This document shows, in pieces, positions 63,268-64,000 of a stretch of DNA of 64,000 nucleotides. The stretch is taken from contig JAKIMF020000004.1 in the NCBI GenBank assembly GCA_022605425.2, positions 1,302,001 to 1,366,000 of the forward strand, read 5' to 3'. The notes under the pieces were generated by a model. That model saw only the letters and a list, made by a program, of their open reading frames with translations, was not told the DNA's origin and made no database searches. The number at the start of each line of letters is the position of its first letter. Position 1 is the stretch's first letter. The position numbers and the translations under genes were made by a program. This stretch comes from Hamiltosporidium tvaerminnensis FI-OER-3-3. Lineage: Eukaryota > Fungi > Microsporidia.

Positions 63268-64000
63268 ATGAGAAAACCAAAAAATAAAAGAAAAGAAAAA
63301 TTAGAATTAAATTGTAGTAACACATCAAGTGATACTTATACTGGAGATGGTTATACTGGAGATACTTATATTGAAGATAGTTATACTGGAGATGGTTATT
63401 TTGAAGATACTTATACTGGAGATACTTATACTGAAGATGATTATTTTGTAGATGATTATACTGGCGATAGTTTCTTAGTGACAATACATTTCTTTGATAA
63501 CCATAATACTATACATAATACTATATATGACAGTTATACTAATTATATACCTACTTTATATGACAATGACAGTTTATCAAACGAATTACTTACTTCTTCA
63601 CCACAAAATAATATTTTACAATCAAAAGAAGAAGAAGAAAAAGAAAAAGAAGAAGAAGTAAAAATCCTAAAAGAAGAAGAAGTAAAAGAAGAAGAAATAA
63701 AAGAAAAAGAAACACAAAAAATACAAGAAGAAATACAAAAAATCCAAAAAGAAATACAAAAAATACAAGAAAAATTAAAAAATAAAAAAACATTAAAAAT
63801 CACAGATATTCACTTCCTAAACCAATGTACATATACAGATAATCAATGGTTATACAAATTATTTATGTCTTATTTCTCATATATACATACAATACACCAT
63901 TTAGAAAAAGAAAAAGAAATATTAAAATATATTAAAAACATAAATGAACTATTCTATAACTGTGATGATAATTGTTATACTACTGATATGATATTTAAAG
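63268..64000 (+). CDS. Partial CDS (runs off the window; not in the ORF track) with 5-aa DxYTG repeats and an E/K-rich coiled coil
   Basis: CCC-ATG at 63265-63270. The frame reads MRKPKNKRKEKLELNCSNTSSDTYTGDGYTGDTY... and is open to the window end. Confidence 0.75.
   Translation, partial: MRKPKNKRKEKLELNCSNTSSDTYTGDGYTGDTYIEDSYTGDGYFEDTYTGDTYTEDDYFVDDYTGDSFLVTIHFFDNHNTIHNTIYDSYTNYIPTLYDNDSLSNELLTSSPQNNILQSKEEEEKEKEEEVKILKEEEVKEEEIKEKETQKIQEEIQKIQKEIQKIQEKLKNKKTLKITDIHFLNQCTYTDNQWLYKLFMSYFSYIHTIHHLEKEKEILKYIKNINELFYNCDDNCYTTDMIFK

Overview
AT-rich, gene-sparse eukaryotic window with intronless genes and a CCC motif just upstream of many ATGs. This fits a large-genome microsporidian (Hamiltosporidium-like; inference). 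Recognisable genes are an L-type lectin cargo receptor, GAR1 (with an in-frame TGA), an INTS4-like HEAT protein, an HSP20-like protein, DUS1, a prenyl diphosphate synthase (ERG20-like) and DCP2. There are also Ser/Thr-rich secreted proteins, lineage-specific families (some disrupted) and a partial CDS running off the right edge. Much of the remainder is mobile DNA: a DD34E Tc1/IS630-type transposon, six copies or fragments of an R4/Dong-like RLE non-LTR retrotransposon, a decayed RTE-like LINE and older remnants. Two things stand out. (1) One near-full-length R4-like copy (20259-23575, minus strand) has lost about 12% of its length, almost entirely by deletion of sense-strand U (plus-strand A). 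The loss starts about 360 nt from the 3' end and seems to stop at the element boundary, and the 5' UTR holds an HDV-like ribozyme fold. (2) A roughly 700-nt non-coding, TSD-flanked, A-tailed retroposon occurs five times, with conserved helices, one clear compensatory base pair and a probable pseudoknot. It matches no RNA class I recognise. All alignments and folds were done by eye.
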